Assembly (NCBI GenBank): GCA_951406725.2
Contig: OX597817.1
Coordinates: 8,184,001-8,248,000, forward strand
Direction of reading: 5' to 3'
Origin: Octopus vulgaris
Lineage: Eukaryota
Length of the DNA: 64,000 bases
The position numbers were made by a program, and so were the translations under genes. Under the pieces are notes generated by a model. The model saw nothing but the letters and a program-made list of their open reading frames with translations. It was not told where the DNA came from and ran no database searches. Positions 1 to 15,200 of this stretch are shown here, piece after piece (position 1 is the stretch's first letter; each line of letters begins with the position of its first letter).

Positions 1-282
1 CTAAACATTACCCATACTAAAAACCTGGCATACATAGTTACAAAGTTCATTCAACCAACCTTGGATGGACACAATCAATAGAATTAACTGATCCCAGTAT
101 ATTACTGGTATTTGTTTTACAGATAAAGGTAAAAATGGTGGAGTTGGTCCTGGTAGAATTTGAACTCACACTATAGAGGATACAAAAATGCTTTATTGCA
201 GTTGTCTATCTCTCAGTTATCTCTGTTCAAGCAATTACTGTTTTTACCAGTTTCCTGGTCTTTAGTAATAATAATAATAATC

Positions 283-486
283 CCTTCTATTATAGGCACA
301 AAGCCTGAAATTAAGGGGAGGGGGATAGTCAATTACACCAATTCCATTACTCAACTGGTACTTAATTTATTAACCCCAAAAGGATGCAAGGTAAAGTTGA
401 CCTCAGCGGGATTTGAACATAGCGATGGGCAAAATACTGCTAAGCATTTCGTCTGGCGTGCTAACAATTCTGCCAGCTCACTGCCT
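283..486 (-). mobile_element. tRNA-derived SINE, family B (head GGCRGYGAGCTGGCAGAA, Meta/MESC-like core), decayed
   Basis: Reverse strand reads GGCAGTGAGCTGGCAGAATTGTTAGCACGCCAGACGAAATGCTTAGC...GTTCAAATCCCGCTGAGGTCAACTTTACC...TAAATTAAGTACCAGTTGAG. Further decayed copies lie at ~60-200 and ~515-700. Confidence 0.75.
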
Positions 487-704
487 TAATAAGAATAATA
501 GTGGTTAAAACTTTGAAACAAGGCTAGGCATTAGAGCGGTAGGAGTAAATTGATCACATCGACCCCAGTACATGACTAGTACTTATTTCTATCAACCCCC
601 GAAGGATGAAAGGCAACGTCAACTTTGGCTGTATTTGAACTCAGAATGTAAAGAACTGGAAGAAATGTTGAGGCTCTAGCGATTTCTTCATCTTGCTGTC
701 TTTA

Positions 705-962
705 CCCTTTTGTTACCAGCCCGGCCAAAACCGGCTCTGGATCTGTAGTACAAATGTCTAGTTTTCATGGCTCTGGCTCAGTAGTACAAATGTCTTGTTT
801 TCATAAGTTTTGCATTAAAATATACCACCAAACCTTAGTCGCAATTTATATACCTAACACAAGCTGAATGATAACCGAGTTATTTTACTAAATTCTTTGT
901 TATATTTAAAATTAACTGAAAGAAACTCAGAGCATCTCAGAATAAATACAGAAATGAAAGGG
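705..962. mobile_element. piggyBac-like MITE with internal 36-bp tandem duplication
   Basis: Ends TTTA|CCCTTT ... AAAGGG|TTAA; GGCTCTGG..GTAGTACAAATGTCT.GTTTTCAT occurs twice at ~733-803. Confidence 0.6.
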
Positions 963-1150
963 TTAATATCTATAATCAATTTGATGATCAAGATTTCTAT
1001 TTTTGCCATAAACCCTCAAAATTCATAGAAGAGTGCTACAACATGCAAATTCAATTCCAATATATTATTGGTACCAACTGAGAATAAGATAACAATAATA
1101 ATGGTAACAACAACAAAAATGATGATGGTGGTAAACATTTTGAAACTTAC

Positions 1151-1443
1151 TTTTCTGGATCGGCAAAGACAAACTTGCGAAGCTTGAGATCACGCAGTAC
1201 AACTCCATGTTCGTGGCAGTGCGCTACAGCCTCCACCACTTGTCGGAACAAACGACAAGCCTCGGCTTCTTTCAACCGTTTCTTTTGCCGCACGTACGAG
1301 TGCAGGTCACCATAGTTGGTTTTGAAAAACAGGTAGACGCCATTCTTGTCGAGTATCACCTCTTCCACTCCTGATATGTTCGAATGGCAGTCCACCTGCC
1401 AGTATGTACTAAGCACCTCTCGATACCGTTCAACAGGAAACAC
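1151..1443 (-). CDS. TRIB2: Tribbles homolog (TRIB2-like pseudokinase), internal coding exon, 293 bp
   Basis: Translation VFPVERYREVL...YGDLHSYVRQKKRLKEAEACRLFRQVVEAVAHCHEHGVVLRDLKLRKFVFADPEK contains the Tribbles catalytic-loop signature LRDLKLRKF. Acceptor is polypyrimidine+CAG (1446-1444); donor is GTAAG (1150-1146). Phase 0 in, phase 2 out; the final exon is outside the window. Confidence 0.96.
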
Positions 1444-3054
1444 CTGTAAGAGACAAAGAAATAAAAATAAATAGACAACACTTCTATAATTAAATCGTGG
1501 GTTATTGGCAAAGTCATAGAACAGAATGCTTTCTTACACCATTTTCTAGACTTGATTCCAAGACATTCTGTTATCATACCTCTGTCCAGATGGGGCTACT
1601 CTAACCCTTGCGCTTAAGTTAGAATTTATTATTATAACAATGGATTAGTAGAATTGTTAGGTTCCAGGGTTGAGTTTAATTTGGCCTTTCATCTTTTACA
1701 GATTGGTTTAACTGAAAAACCTTCGCCTCAAACTTATGGTCTAGTGTATATATTGTTGTGTTGTAGACTCCGAATTCAGGTTCTTTTTATTATATCCTAT
1801 CTTCACCACAGGTATATATTGAGCTGTTAGGCAAAGCACTTAACAACCTTTATATTCTTTCTCTATAAGCTAAAACTCCGATAAATCAAACTGCATGCCA
1901 AAGCAGGATTTCCAACTCCTTGAAGGTTAAAAGAAAGTCATTGAACACCTGTAGACTATGCATAATTTTATATATTCTAAAATAAATACTGGATAATTGT
2001 TATATATTTTGCACATTCTACATGGATTCAATTAAAGAGAATCTTACATATGTATGAAAGAAATATAAATAGCAGGCCTCCTGATGTATAAGTAAGGGGC
2101 TACTATCCACACACGGAAAAATCTCTATACCAACCAGCTCCCAGAATAAAAGTGAGATACAATAAATACAAGGGGATTAAGGGATTATCTTGAATCCCTC
2201 TTAAACCTGGACAGCTGCCCACCTATAATCCCATTGTCTATCGCAAACATGGATTTATATTTATATACAGTGTATAAGTGTGTATCTTTAAAAAACCGAA
2301 CAAAACAATAGAGATTTCATCTACTCTTTGCTGATGGTGCTTTGAGGGGTTTAAAAAAAAAAGGTACAAAAATCTGTCTATTAAAGGGCCAAGAATAGAG
2401 ATGGCAGAGGGAGAGAAAAGATGAGTAAGAGATAATATAGGTTTATTAAACCAAATAAAAAATAGGAACAAAAGGCACACAATCCTTTTAAAGTATTTAT
2501 TAATCAATGTTCATATTAAAATCAAATGTATAAGTGTAGGAAAGGATGATGGTTGCGGTGGCAGTGGTAGTAAGTGATGCAGAGATGAGTATTGTGCCCA
2601 AGGGAGGGGTGGAAGTGGAGAATGACTACCACTGTACTGAGTTAGGGTTGGTGGCGGTTTAAAGACCAGTAATGCCACCTGCTGCAACTTATGACGATGA
2701 CGATGATGATACATCGGAATAAGTACATCAAACAACTGTGTGAAATGAAATGAAATGAAAGAACAAAAAAGAAAAATAAAGAGAGAGAATATAATGAAAG
2801 AATATAATGATGTGATGTGAGTAATAATCTGTGTGAAATGACTGAATGTATTTATTGAGTTTGGTTTTATTGTTGTTGTTGTTGTTGTTGTTGTAAGTCA
2901 TCTGTATTGCAAATATACTGGTAGGGGTGGTGGTGGGTGGGGGGAGGGCGAGGAATGGAATGGAAAGACAGACAAATATAGAAACTCCGCAGAATGTAGA
3001 GATATGTAGAACGAAAAACCAAAAAAAAAACCAAAAAGGAAGAGGGTCAAATGC

Positions 3055-3490
3055 ACAGAGAGAGAGAGGCAGAGAGACAAATATGGAGAGAAAAGGAAAC
3101 TGAAATATGGAGAGAGAGAGAGAGAGAGAAAGATAGAGAGATAGAGAGAAAGAGAGAGATATATATATATATAGAGAGAGATAGTTAGAGAGAGAGATAG
3201 TTAGAGAGATAGATAGTTAGAGAGATAGATAGTTAGAGAGATAGATAGTTAGAGAGATAGATAGTTAGAGAGATAGAAAGATAGAGAGAGATAGAAAGAT
3301 AGAGAGAGATAGAGAGATAGATAGAGAGAGAGAGAGAGAGATAGAGAGAAAGATAGATAGAGAGAGATAGAGAGAAAGATAGATAGAGAGAGAGATAGAG
3401 AGAGAGAGATGAGGAGAGTGACATGTGGAGAGATTTAAAGATATTTAGAGAAAGAAATGTAAAAGGAAAAAGAGAGAGAGAAAGAGAAAG
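3055..3490. repeat. (GA)n/(GATA)n compound microsatellite
   Basis: Directly visible. Confidence 0.95.
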
Positions 3491-3956
3491 AGTATGCGTG
3501 TTGGAGAAGGGAGAAAAAGAACGAGATGAGGGGTGAGAAAAGTGGGGGAGGAGGAAGGAGGGAGAGAATAAAGGAGATTAATGATTCCTTCAGCTTCCCT
3601 AATATTAGCATCTCATGTGAGGTCTTCTTTCCACATCAGTTGCCGCTGTCATCTGTTGAGTCACAAATAAACATAGAAACACACACACACACAACTACTT
3701 CTGACTTGATGAGAGCCACGAAGGAAGGATGAAGAGTGTGTGTGTGTGAGTAAGAGAGAAGTGGGATGGCGACAGAGGATGATTATGTTAAAGGAAATAA
3801 AGAAACAATACTAGTATAGGGATAGATTATCGATCAGGGAAACTAAAACCCAACTGCAATAGGAAAAAAAATTTTTTTTTTAATGAGAGAGAGAGAGAGA
3901 GAGATAGAGTGTGTGTGCGTGCATGTCTGTGTGTGAGTGTGAGTGTGTGTGCGTGC

Positions 3957-3995
<39 letters not shown>

Positions 3996-6900
3996 GGGGA
4001 TAGAGGTAGGTTAGACAAACATATCTTGCTTGCTGCTGAAATCCAAGTTAACTTCTCCACCTACTTCCTTCTCTTTAAGACAGGGAGCTTAGCTGGCTGG
4101 CTTTTAGGAGTAGGTAACTAAGCAGGTAGGAAAAGGTAAGGAAGAAGGGAATAGTTTTACAAGAGAGAGAGAGAGAGAAAGATAAAGTAGTGGTGGTGGA
4201 GGAAGGAGGAAGGGTGCAATGAAGAACGTTCTACAGGTAAGCTGCTGCTGCTGTTGCAATAGCGTTGTTGCTTCGGAGGATATCAGCATTGTTGTTGTTG
4301 CTATGAGGCAGAAATCAATTATATCTCCATCGTCCAACATTGGAAAGAAGCAAGAGTTAGCAATAAAGTGCAGAACAAGAGCTAGGCTATTATATATATA
4401 TATATATATACATACACACACACACACGAGAGAGTGAGAGAGAGAGGAATGGAGAATCTGAATGAAAATCGGTGCCTGTCTTGTGCTGCTGCACCGAGTG
4501 AGATACCTGCAGTATAAATTGGAATAGGTGTAGAAGTGTGTATTTGTTAGAGGGGAGGGGGGTGAGGATGTACTTGATGTCTGGAAAGAGGAAGTGTTGA
4601 CGAAGGAAGTTGTAAACACACACACAAAAAGGTAGAGAGGTAGGCAGCTCTAAAAATAAAAAAAAAATTTTAAAAAGAGAGAGAGAGAAAATGGTGGCTA
4701 GCGAGATCATGACAGGAAGACTCAAATATGAGAATATAGACAGAGGAAGTGTTGAAAGATAAAAAAATTAAAAAAGAAACTAATTCATTAAATCGTTTTA
4801 GTGGTATATGTAAGTTTGAGTCACGAATGATGACTTCATTTTAAAACACTAGACTGACCGAACTCTCTCTCTGTCTGTAGCAAACATCAAAGCAGGCATT
4901 TTTCACACGTGCGCATGCACAACAGTTGTGACACCTACCATTTCAAAATGGAAGGCACTTTTAACCAGCATTTGTTACTCGGAATCGATCCTGGCCGGAA
5001 GGCAGTGAACTGAACATCGTACAGGGCACAGCTTTCGTAATTTCATTATCATAATTAGTATAACGAAATGGAGACAAGTCATTGATAGAGTTGAGAGAAA
5101 GCAACGCCTTGTAGGAATGAGATTTTGCCAATGTTGCCAAGCAAACGATGTGAGTATGTGTGATATTTTGAATAAAGAGGTTCCAATAAAATCCAGAGAA
5201 CAAACTAAAGAATAACATAATGAATGAAGAATTTTCATTTTGTTATTGTATTTATTCTTTCAGTGGTTTCAGCCATACAAGCTTTGACATAGTTGGAGCA
5301 CCGCCATATTGTCAACGTTATCAATTTAATATCCGTTTTTACATATCAAAGTTCCATGAATCAAAAACCAAGCATCATCTCACTTTAGATTCCTGAAAAT
5401 CCGTACTTCAATCTATTTTGGATTACCAACCGCATTTTCTGTTTTTTTAATATTCCATCCAATCTTAAACTGCTATGAAAGTAGCGATATTAGAAAATGA
5501 CTCCAAGAAAATATTAGTATTAATAAAAGAAGAGAAATAGAAAGGAGCTTCTAACTTCAAATAATTAAATACAAAATAAGATCGATATTAAACAAGAAGT
5601 CTAAGAGGAACCACTAAAGAAAATAATTCAGAAGAAAAAAAAAAAGGTAAATAAACACAAAAATCCGGATGATGAGATGGAAAATAAGAAAGGAGCAGAC
5701 AACCGTAGACGGTTAAAGATTTATGAAGCTGGAAAATTTATTACTCTTGTTTCTGTCAAAATACAACCGTGGTTGATAGATCTAGCATAACCCACAAGCA
5801 CCTTAAAGTTATGGGTTGACTGTCTTTATTTGATATATCGCTATCATTTAGAAAATAATATAATTATTAAGTAGCAGATACTTTGAGAAATTAAAAATCA
5901 TTATCAAACAATGTCGCAAGCTATATATTTATTTTCCGTTGGGTATTTGAACTGTTAATCAAATGTTTGGTGCCGCTTGTCTAGTCAACCTCTAATAGGT
6001 ATTCCACAACATTCAAATAAATAAGGTTAGGGGAACTTTTAAGGAAAAATAACGATTTATGAGGTGCCTTGGCTGCAATAATTTTATTGATATTTCCATT
6101 GCAAGCAGAACCATTTCGTTCATATGACATCTTGCAATCCTTGGGGACTTAATCGAGCATCAAGAAAAGCCACCGTTATCAACACAGCAGTTAATCATTT
6201 AGCAAGAAGTATTTTATTCCAGATACTCTTACCTGTAAATGAAATGCGCATTAACAATTGGATTCTCTGTCAGTTTCGACGATGAGCATTCAGCTTTTTG
6301 ACCAACGCGTAAACGACACAGTTTTCTACAGGTACGTATTCGCTTAACCTAATCATCAGGCCAAACAGTGTAACTTACTATGACAAATTGGACCTTTGGA
6401 TTATAGATACAATTCAAAAATAAAGATAAGAATCGACCCTAGTATTGAATTTTGAAAGAATTACAGCTGACACTGGTGAGATTTGAACTCAGAACGCAGA
6501 GATCCGGAATATATACTTGTAAGACATTCTATCCAATGCTCTAATGATTCTGCCAGTTCGCCACATTCGCAATAACTATTTTTCACCTCCATTTTTTTAC
6601 AAACGCATACCAAACATTGTGAAACAGTGTCAAGCTATGCAGAGAAGAAAGAAAAAGAAATATCCCAGTAATTTTCTGAAGGTATGTGTAAGGAAGTCGA
6701 AGTTTGGTTTTTCACATGTGGAGCTGAAAAGATCTTGAGAAAGAGGGTTTAATGACTACACTCATTGTATATACCCATACAACAACACTGATCTAGTTTA
6801 CAGTTTATAAATGTAGGGGCTGCAAAGGATATGCATCAGTAGCTACCCTAAATGGCTGTCGGTCTCACATAAAAAGAAAAAGGGTAGATTAATATCACGA

Positions 6901-7444
6901 AAGAAAGACATATGTAGATAAATGTAATTATGAATGCAGAACACTGCGTAAAAATGTCTGTATTTGTGTAGGCGTGTATATAGCTACACATGGTTGTATA
7001 AATTATCTCGTTTGGCCTGATTTATATACCATAACGATTTCATCAGCTATTCACTATTCCCACACTTAGGCGTATAGTGGAAGTATCTTGGTACTCACAA
7101 GTAGACGAAGTAGTTTAAATGGTGAAAAGAAAAAAAAAAAAGTACTTTCGAGTTCTGAACAAGAACTACTTGAAACGCATGCACAAAAATCAGCGTGTCA
7201 TCACTGTCTGCGCAGGAACAGACACTTCACTTAATTTATTAAGTAATTATCCAAGTAAAATAAGCTCTGGATACGTAACACATGCGGGCAAGTGTAATAA
7301 TATACGTTGAGAGCAACAGCATACAGTGGTCAGAAGTTGAAGAATAAAAATATACAGCAGAGATGATAAAAGTTTAGAAGCAACAACTAAGGCAATTAAA
7401 AAGACTATTAACCAAAAACTAATTACCAATAGATCTTTCCTACA

Positions 7445-7577
7445 GAATATATACATATATAAATATATATACAGATATATATATACATACAGATATATAC
7501 ATACATACAGATATATACATACATACAGATGCATACATATATACATACATATATAATATATATATATATACATATAC

Positions 7578-7608
<31 letters not shown>

Positions 7609-7750
7609 CATATATACATACATATATATATACATATATACATATACATATATACATACAACATACATATATATATATATAGGTATATGAATACGAAATC
7701 ATATATACAATTATATACCCATACTATACATACATGATATATACATACAG
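7445..7750. repeat. (TA)n/(TACA)n low-complexity tract
   Basis: Directly visible. Confidence 0.95.
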
Positions 7751-10700
7751 AATAATAAATTATTACAGACTTGATTCATCAATATTTTTAGTCAGTGATT
7801 ATTCTAGTATTAAAGTCTAGTGACTAACTCACCGTAAACTTAGGGAGCTAGTCACAACTAAACCCCCATTATTGGCCCCTACCACTAACCGTCGCTACCG
7901 GCCATGGAACCTTAGCTGAGCAATAACACTCATGGGGGCCAGTTTAGTGATGGCGATGGTGCGATTGGTGAAGCAATTCATTGAAGAATACGGCTTAAAA
8001 GAGAAATGTACACAGTTAATGTAGCTTATTTTTATATTACTCACACGAATCTATGTGACAGAGGAGAGAGAAGGCGAAAGCGTGTTGCATGTGTGTAAAA
8101 ACCCCGATTCAGAGAGGTAGAGGTGGAGGGAGGAGAAATAGTGCGAGGAGAAGGCGGAGGAAAGTAATTTAAAGCAACAGCTGAGAAAGACAGAAAGAGG
8201 CGAATAGAAAGAAAAACACAGAGACAGAGGGAGGAAGTACAGAGAAAAACCAGATTATATATATGTGTGTGTGTGTATATATATATATATACACAAACAC
8301 ACAGACATATATATATATATGGTAGGGGGAGATAAGTTGGTTATGAAAGAAAGAAAAGCGGCCAACAAGTGATGAGTCATCATCACCGTTACAGATATCG
8401 CTTCTCTCCCCTCCCTCCCTCTTTTGCAGAACTTCCATTTCCCAGCTGTTGTTACTAGGGAGCTACAGGAGGAAGTAAGGGAAGCTGCGAGAGAAAGAGA
8501 GAGAAGGAGAGAAAAACACACACAAAAAAAAAGGGGGAAAGAGGTAGTTTGGGAGTAGGTAAAGAAACGTGGAAGGGAAATTACGTATAACTAGGTAGAG
8601 AGAGAAAGAGAGAACTAGAGAACTAGAGTGTAAGGAAGAGGTGTTGTAACAGCAGTAGAAGAAGCCTGCAGGTCCTCTCAGCATTTAGCTTCTGTTGAGC
8701 TGGTTTTTACCTGTCTGTTGCTGTTGTACAAGTAGAAACCAGTTAAAAAGGTGTGGCGGTAGGGGGGTGTAGCGGATGGCTGCGTGTGTATATAATGTGC
8801 GAAGAACTAGGAAAGAGGTTTATGTTGTTAAATGTCTGTGCGGTGCGCACGAATAGGAATAATGTGCATGTGTGAAAGATGGTAGTAGTTTTGCGTGCAT
8901 GTTGCAGGTATTTGCGATATATAAACGAAAAACGGTTACACCGAGTCAGAGACAGCATTTGCTGCAGTAGAAGAGTATTTGGTAGGGGCTGACTTTGGTT
9001 TCACTGGCAACGGGAAGGGGTGTAATTGCTATGTACAGCACAATTTTCTAATATCACAGCGAGTGTGATGAGTGTATGCGTGAGTGTAAGCGTGCGTGCA
9101 TATATGAGCGTGTTACCTTATTCAAGCAAGAAGCCTCATGAAGAACAGAATTGGCATGTTGTCCATCTTCTCCGAGGAAATTAACGACATAAGATCCCTA
9201 TTCCCGCCCCCCCCCCCCCCACACCACCGTCAGGTGATATTCATAAACTGTAATTCTGGGTTTCTGCTCGTTAGCTATGAGAGTTTTTATGGAATGTGGC
9301 CATAGATGTAATATTTATATAGAAAAGAAATAGTTGTATTGCAATCACTGTAAGACTCATTGGCGAAGCATTCAGGCGTCATCCAAGAACGTGAACGTTA
9401 AGTGTCACTAACTGCGCTTCCACCTCTCATGCTCAGAACAAGTAATTTTATGTATTAACATAAAAACACAACAATTAAAGGATTTCATTAAAACCTATGT
9501 TAAGGTCACTACTGATCTGAAAAGCGTCTGAGCTTTCTTTCTGAAACCATAAAGGTTTTGGAAGTAAATATAAATTTAAAAAATAACCAATAAAATATCC
9601 CCAATCTCTTCCAATTAAGACTGAGCATAATCTCTCAAGTGAAATGTCTGTATGTCTATAACAGTTATAAAGTAATTTGCGAAATCCAGTTTCTACTTAC
9701 TCCCTTTTTAAAGTTTGCCTATCAAATCTTATTTTAGATACTGAAAGCACGATAGAAAATAAATCACATCACTATTCATGAAATTTGGTACAAAACACAA
9801 TTTTCTTTATACCCATTGCATTTCCAAAAACATTTTTATAATTTTGTTTTAAGCGTCCATGCTTGTTCCAGACTTCTAGTTAGCAATTATTGTTTCATAC
9901 GTCCACAATAATATAAAGCTTTTCTTTCCCCCAAGTCCCATGTTATCCTAGTGGTTAAAAAAAAAAAAAAAAAAGAGGGAATATGCATTGTATAATATGA
10001 TGCATGGACGCCGGGGAAACATGCCTTTCGTATCACACGTGAAAATACACAGAACAGGTAAATGGTCAAAGAATTGACAATATTGCTATTATGCAGCAAT
10101 TCTACCTCATCTACTGAAGGTCATGCGTGTAACAGTAGGTAATCAAGCAGTCGTTTGTATGAAGTATCTATTAAAAGGATTATAATAGTTATATTATGTT
10201 TATGTAGGTCAAAAGGTCATTTATACAGTCTTGTGCAATATTTAGTATATCTTAAACCTTCTTGTTCGGTTGTCTTCCTCGAGCCTGAACAATCTTCACT
10301 TGATTCATTCAACTTTATGCCAGAGCCGAATTGACTAACAGCAATAAATAAAAAATATTCTGAAAATTTAATTAGCTTAATTAAGCAAGATATTGTTTGA
10401 CGTCGAAGGTAACAATGAAGATCTCTATTTCTCGCCAGATCTCAATTTTAAATTATCGGTAACTTTCTAGTTATCACACCACTTACCAATTAAACTTGAG
10501 CAAAGTGTAAAAGACCTGGAGTATATGCAAACACTTAACGAGCCAATAACTAGGCAACAATACAATAACTCATTACAAAATAATACAGCACTAATTACAA
10601 TATCACGATTTAATTAAAACAAAACTTATTTTCGCTATGGTGACTCAATCTTAGGAAGTATTCACGACTGGCTTTCAACCAAAAGTCAACGGATGATTAA

Positions 10701-12215
10701 AATTCAATTCCTTCACACCATGGTAACAAGCTGGTATAATTGCGAAACTGGTATTTAGAAATTATATGTTGACTATCCCTCTTCCACTGTCTATTTGTCA
10801 ACAATTCAGATGGCCTACATTCCACAAATGTAGGCATTGTGGAATGTAGGCATTAAGCTTCTAAATGGAAAATAAACCAGTGTTACTGATTGTTAGTCGC
10901 AATATGTTTTTATTTCCGAGTACAATTTTGCAATTTTAGGGTTCAATGCATCGTTTGTAGCAGGCACAGACGCATATAAATATATATGAAAAAATGAATA
11001 TAACCATCTATACATTGGAAAAATGCAACAAGATTGGTTGGTTGGTCACAAACCCATGTGCACAGAACCTAGTCTTCAAAGCTAGAAGATAAGCACACCA
11101 ATACATGTGAAAGCTTCATTTAACGACATACCATTAAAATCATGTCTTATCCACCAATAGGAAGTACAAACCTCAGTGATCAGATCGAAAATATTGCTAT
11201 ATAGGGCAAGAGACAACTTTTTGTTCTAAGTGGAACAATACTTGAAGAGCAAGACACAAATGAAAGTGTCTTACGGACTTAGAAATACTCGTTTACCGTG
11301 TGATTATCATATTCTGGAGAAATATCGTTTTAGGTATGAAAAAATAATACTATTTGAATCTGTTACGACAAAAGAGATAAGTTAAAGCTAATTGAACATA
11401 GATTCATATACTGATGCTTAACTAGAATAATTCAATTAAATCACCGACTTGGGTTGGTTAAATTTAACTATTCAGACCATTTAATATCTCTACAATCGTG
11501 AATTTCAACTAAAAAATTATAAAAAAAAAAAAATTACAATAATGCACGCGCACACTTCTAAAAAGAAAACCACTTGAGGTCTTCACTGAGTTGATTAAAT
11601 GAAACCAGTTCTCGCGCAGTTGTTAAATTTACGAAGACTGCAGTCTCTTGTGCAATTTTCTAAACAATAGACTCGCTTTGGCCACGACAATAGAAGGGAA
11701 TTTCTATAAAAGACGACAGACATGTAGTGATGACACTATGATGTGTCACAAGAGAAGAAAGAAAGGAAAAAAAAAGGGAGTTCAACCATTGGAAAGTGAT
11801 GTGGGTTTTTGAAAATGCTGGTATGCAGATTATGTTCTGACAGTGTCGCATGTAGAGAGAAATTCCAAACGTTGTTATAAAATGACAACCAATTAAAAAT
11901 ACAGAATAAATAGAAACGCACAAAAATCCACCCAACTTTCTTGTGTGACTGAATTGAAGCCGGTCAGGTCAGAGTTATCAAGTGTGACATGACAGATAAA
12001 GCCCGATTTCAGAGGGAGTACAAAACTTCTAAAGGAAAGCTAACCTATGCGAACAATGCTTTGAGTTTGGGGAAACAATGGGAACGAGTTCCATCTTGGA
12101 ACAAAGCGGCAAATTTACTTCCTTCCATTCTCTCTCTGCCGTTGTCAGAATTATTTTATTCACCAAAGTCATTGGCTCAATTATTGAGTCTTAAGAGTTA
12201 TCAAAAAGACAGCTT

Positions 12216-12264
<49 letters not shown>

Positions 12265-15200
12265 ATTTTGACCAAATTGGAATTAACACTTTCTCTTTTA
12301 TAGACTTGGTTAATGATCTTTAATCTTGCAATTCCATGGAATAATTGTGTCAAACTTTAAAAAAAAAAAAATTGAAAATTCTGTGTTTTTATGTCATTTA
12401 AAAATTAAATGTACAACAAAACAGTAGACTAGAAAACGGTTTCCCTCCCTGTTTCCGAAATCCGATTATATACTCTGCTGCGATTAAAGTCGGAATATCA
12501 TTAAATAAACAAATAAATAAATAAAAGGAAGACAGCTATTTTGAGAAGGCATGCGTTGTCGTCATTTTAACTTAATTTTTCCATGATGCGTAACTGAGAT
12601 GAGAACGTCCCCTAGAGACAGAGAAAAGGGATGCAGCAGAGGAGAGTAGGAAGAAAAAGGCGGGAGACAGAATAAACGAAAGGCAGAAAGGAAGAAAGAG
12701 AGCGAAGGGAAAAAGGCATGAGTCGACAATCACCTTGATTATATATATGGCCAATGTGCTGCTGTTGTCTGCAGTCATCCCACACCTAAACAAAGCAGCT
12801 TCGTTCTCGCCAGCTTTCCCCCTCTCTCTCTCTTTCCTACCCTTTCCCAAGTCTCCTTTCTTACAACTATCACCTCCTGATCCCTACACAAACCGTCTGT
12901 CTTGTCTATGGTGACTTGCATGTATATATTCGACAGACAATGTGATAGACTTTATGTCCAGCCATCGACCGCCAATCTGAATGTGTCAGTGTAGGGGGGG
13001 TGTGTGTGTGTGTGGAAGAAACAATGCAGAAATACTAAAAGAAAAAAAAAAAGGGGGGGAAACGATGGAAGATCCATGTCCCAGCCGTGATAGTAGTAGC
13101 ACGTGGGTGGTGATCCTATCTTTTTTTGTCTTCGCCCGATCAACTTACCTCACAACTAAAATACTCTCCCTCCCCTGCAGTTTTCAAAACAGACAATGGG
13201 TTTCCCCCAGGTTTTTCTTTATTGTAAGTCCGTCTCGATACCTGCCCAACAAAGAATGATTCCCCCACCATCAACACACCATACCTCACTATATGCATTT
13301 TTCCCTCGCTCTCCGTACTTGCCCAACAATAAGCCCGTTTTAAAATGCTCTTATTCCTCCTGCCCCGCCTTCTACCCGACACGAAATAGTCGTGAGGTCA
13401 CGACACTTCAATTTTCTTCTCTTCCAAGAATTTTAATGGAAAAAGTTTTTCTTAATGTTCCCGCAATATTACAACTACACGACCAATCTTGCATTCCCCG
13501 GCTTGCGAAATGCATATTGTTTAGCGACAACTTGCATTACAACAACACACACATACGTGTGTGTATGTATATTTATATATATATGTGTGTGTGTGTGACC
13601 ATTCTTTCAAAAGTGGAAAAATGTTTCGATTCAAGTGTTGGCTAGTTTTACACTGTGCAAATGTCTAACAATAACCATCAACTTCTAAACTACTCTTGTA
13701 AACAAACGCAATAAAAGTTAAGTATTTGTGATTCCATTTAAACTTTACTTTCTATGAGAGAAAGAGAGAGAGAAAGCACCAATAACATTTACTAGCTTCG
13801 TTGTCTTTAAAAAATTCCCTAAAATAAAACGTAAAATTTGCAAGAAACTTGATCTGCAGTCTAGTGCTTTATATCAACCAAAAATGCCAACAAGCTGACA
13901 TTTTTAAGACTTAAACTATATAAAAAGATTTTATTAGCTTTTGTTTTTTTAATTTTATGGCTTTAAATAAAAATAATAAATCCAACAAAAACGAAATACA
14001 ATTTTTGGCTGTTTCTCTCTCTCCAACTTTCTTCGGATTACTTTATAAACAAAGAAATATTTCAGAATTGAAAATGAACTAAACAATGAAGGTTTCTACA
14101 AAAAAAACTGGGAAGTGATTTTAAAATAAAATTTTATATTAATTTAAAAAAAGAATTATTGATACATTTAAAAAAAAAATCTAATTTCTTTGTTCTCTAA
14201 CAACCCCTAAAAACCTTGTTTGATTGTACCAGAGACACTAAATTAAAAACGCCTAAAAGTTTTCGAAATCCCATATAAATTATATTCAATGCAAATGTTC
14301 ACCAAGATATCAAAGTTTATTACATAAACTAATATAACTGGTTATATTAGTTTATTTCTTCAGTAAAACGTTTAAAACTTTTGAGGTGGGGTAAAATCAA
14401 AAACAGGCATTGTTATTTCGTTTACAACATACACGCAATGCAACTAACAAGAGAAAAAAACTTTGTTTTTAAAAAGATAAGTCTATAAAAACTGACATGT
14501 TGTTCATAAATTTTGCGGACTAGTTAAGGTTATATACCGTTTTTATATAAACCATAATAAACTTAGGTGAATGAAATAAATGCACGTGCGAGGGTCGAAC
14601 GAGTCTGCAGTGGAATAAAGAGTCAACAAAGACCGGCTAATCACGCACGTGGGTTTACTGGTTTTTGAGTACAAGAAATTAAAAGAAAATGCAGCTAAAT
14701 AATAATAATAATAATAATAATACAGAAAATGCATTTATGTTAAATCTAGAATGAACAATGGATTACTAGGTAAAACAAGAGGAATAATTTCTAAAGCAGT
14801 TAGTTGCAGTAAGCTGCTTTGCTTAATTCGATTAATGAAAAAAAAAAATCGAATTAAAAAGTAGTAGTAGTAACTAGACTTTCGAATGATAATTAAAAAA
14901 AAGATAACTAAGTTTATTCACTCACTACCACACAAGAAAATAAAACTACCACACTTTCTTTCTTAACTTTGAAAAGAAAAAAAAAAAACTAACAAAAGAA
15001 AGCAATACAAATAACAACAAAAGACGTTTAGTTCTGCTGAGTAATGGATTTACAGCTCCTGTGGTTGTAACATCACATCAACTTTGCCAAATTAAGAAAA
15101 TTTGCCAACTACACAAAAGAATTTTCTTAGCAATTAAAAGAAAATTAATTCATATACATGCAATGTCATGTCACCCTCCTAAAGGGGTTCTTCTAAATAG

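Noticed and set aside
1-1150. Last Tribbles exon (SLE motif, COP1-binding DQxVP)
   Set aside because: Not found; this stretch is SINE/MITE relics, so the gene continues beyond the window.
4104-4625. 173-aa minus-strand ORF with polyQ as an alternative Tribbles exon
   Set aside because: Low-complexity sequence with no Tribbles similarity and no clear phase-0 donor.
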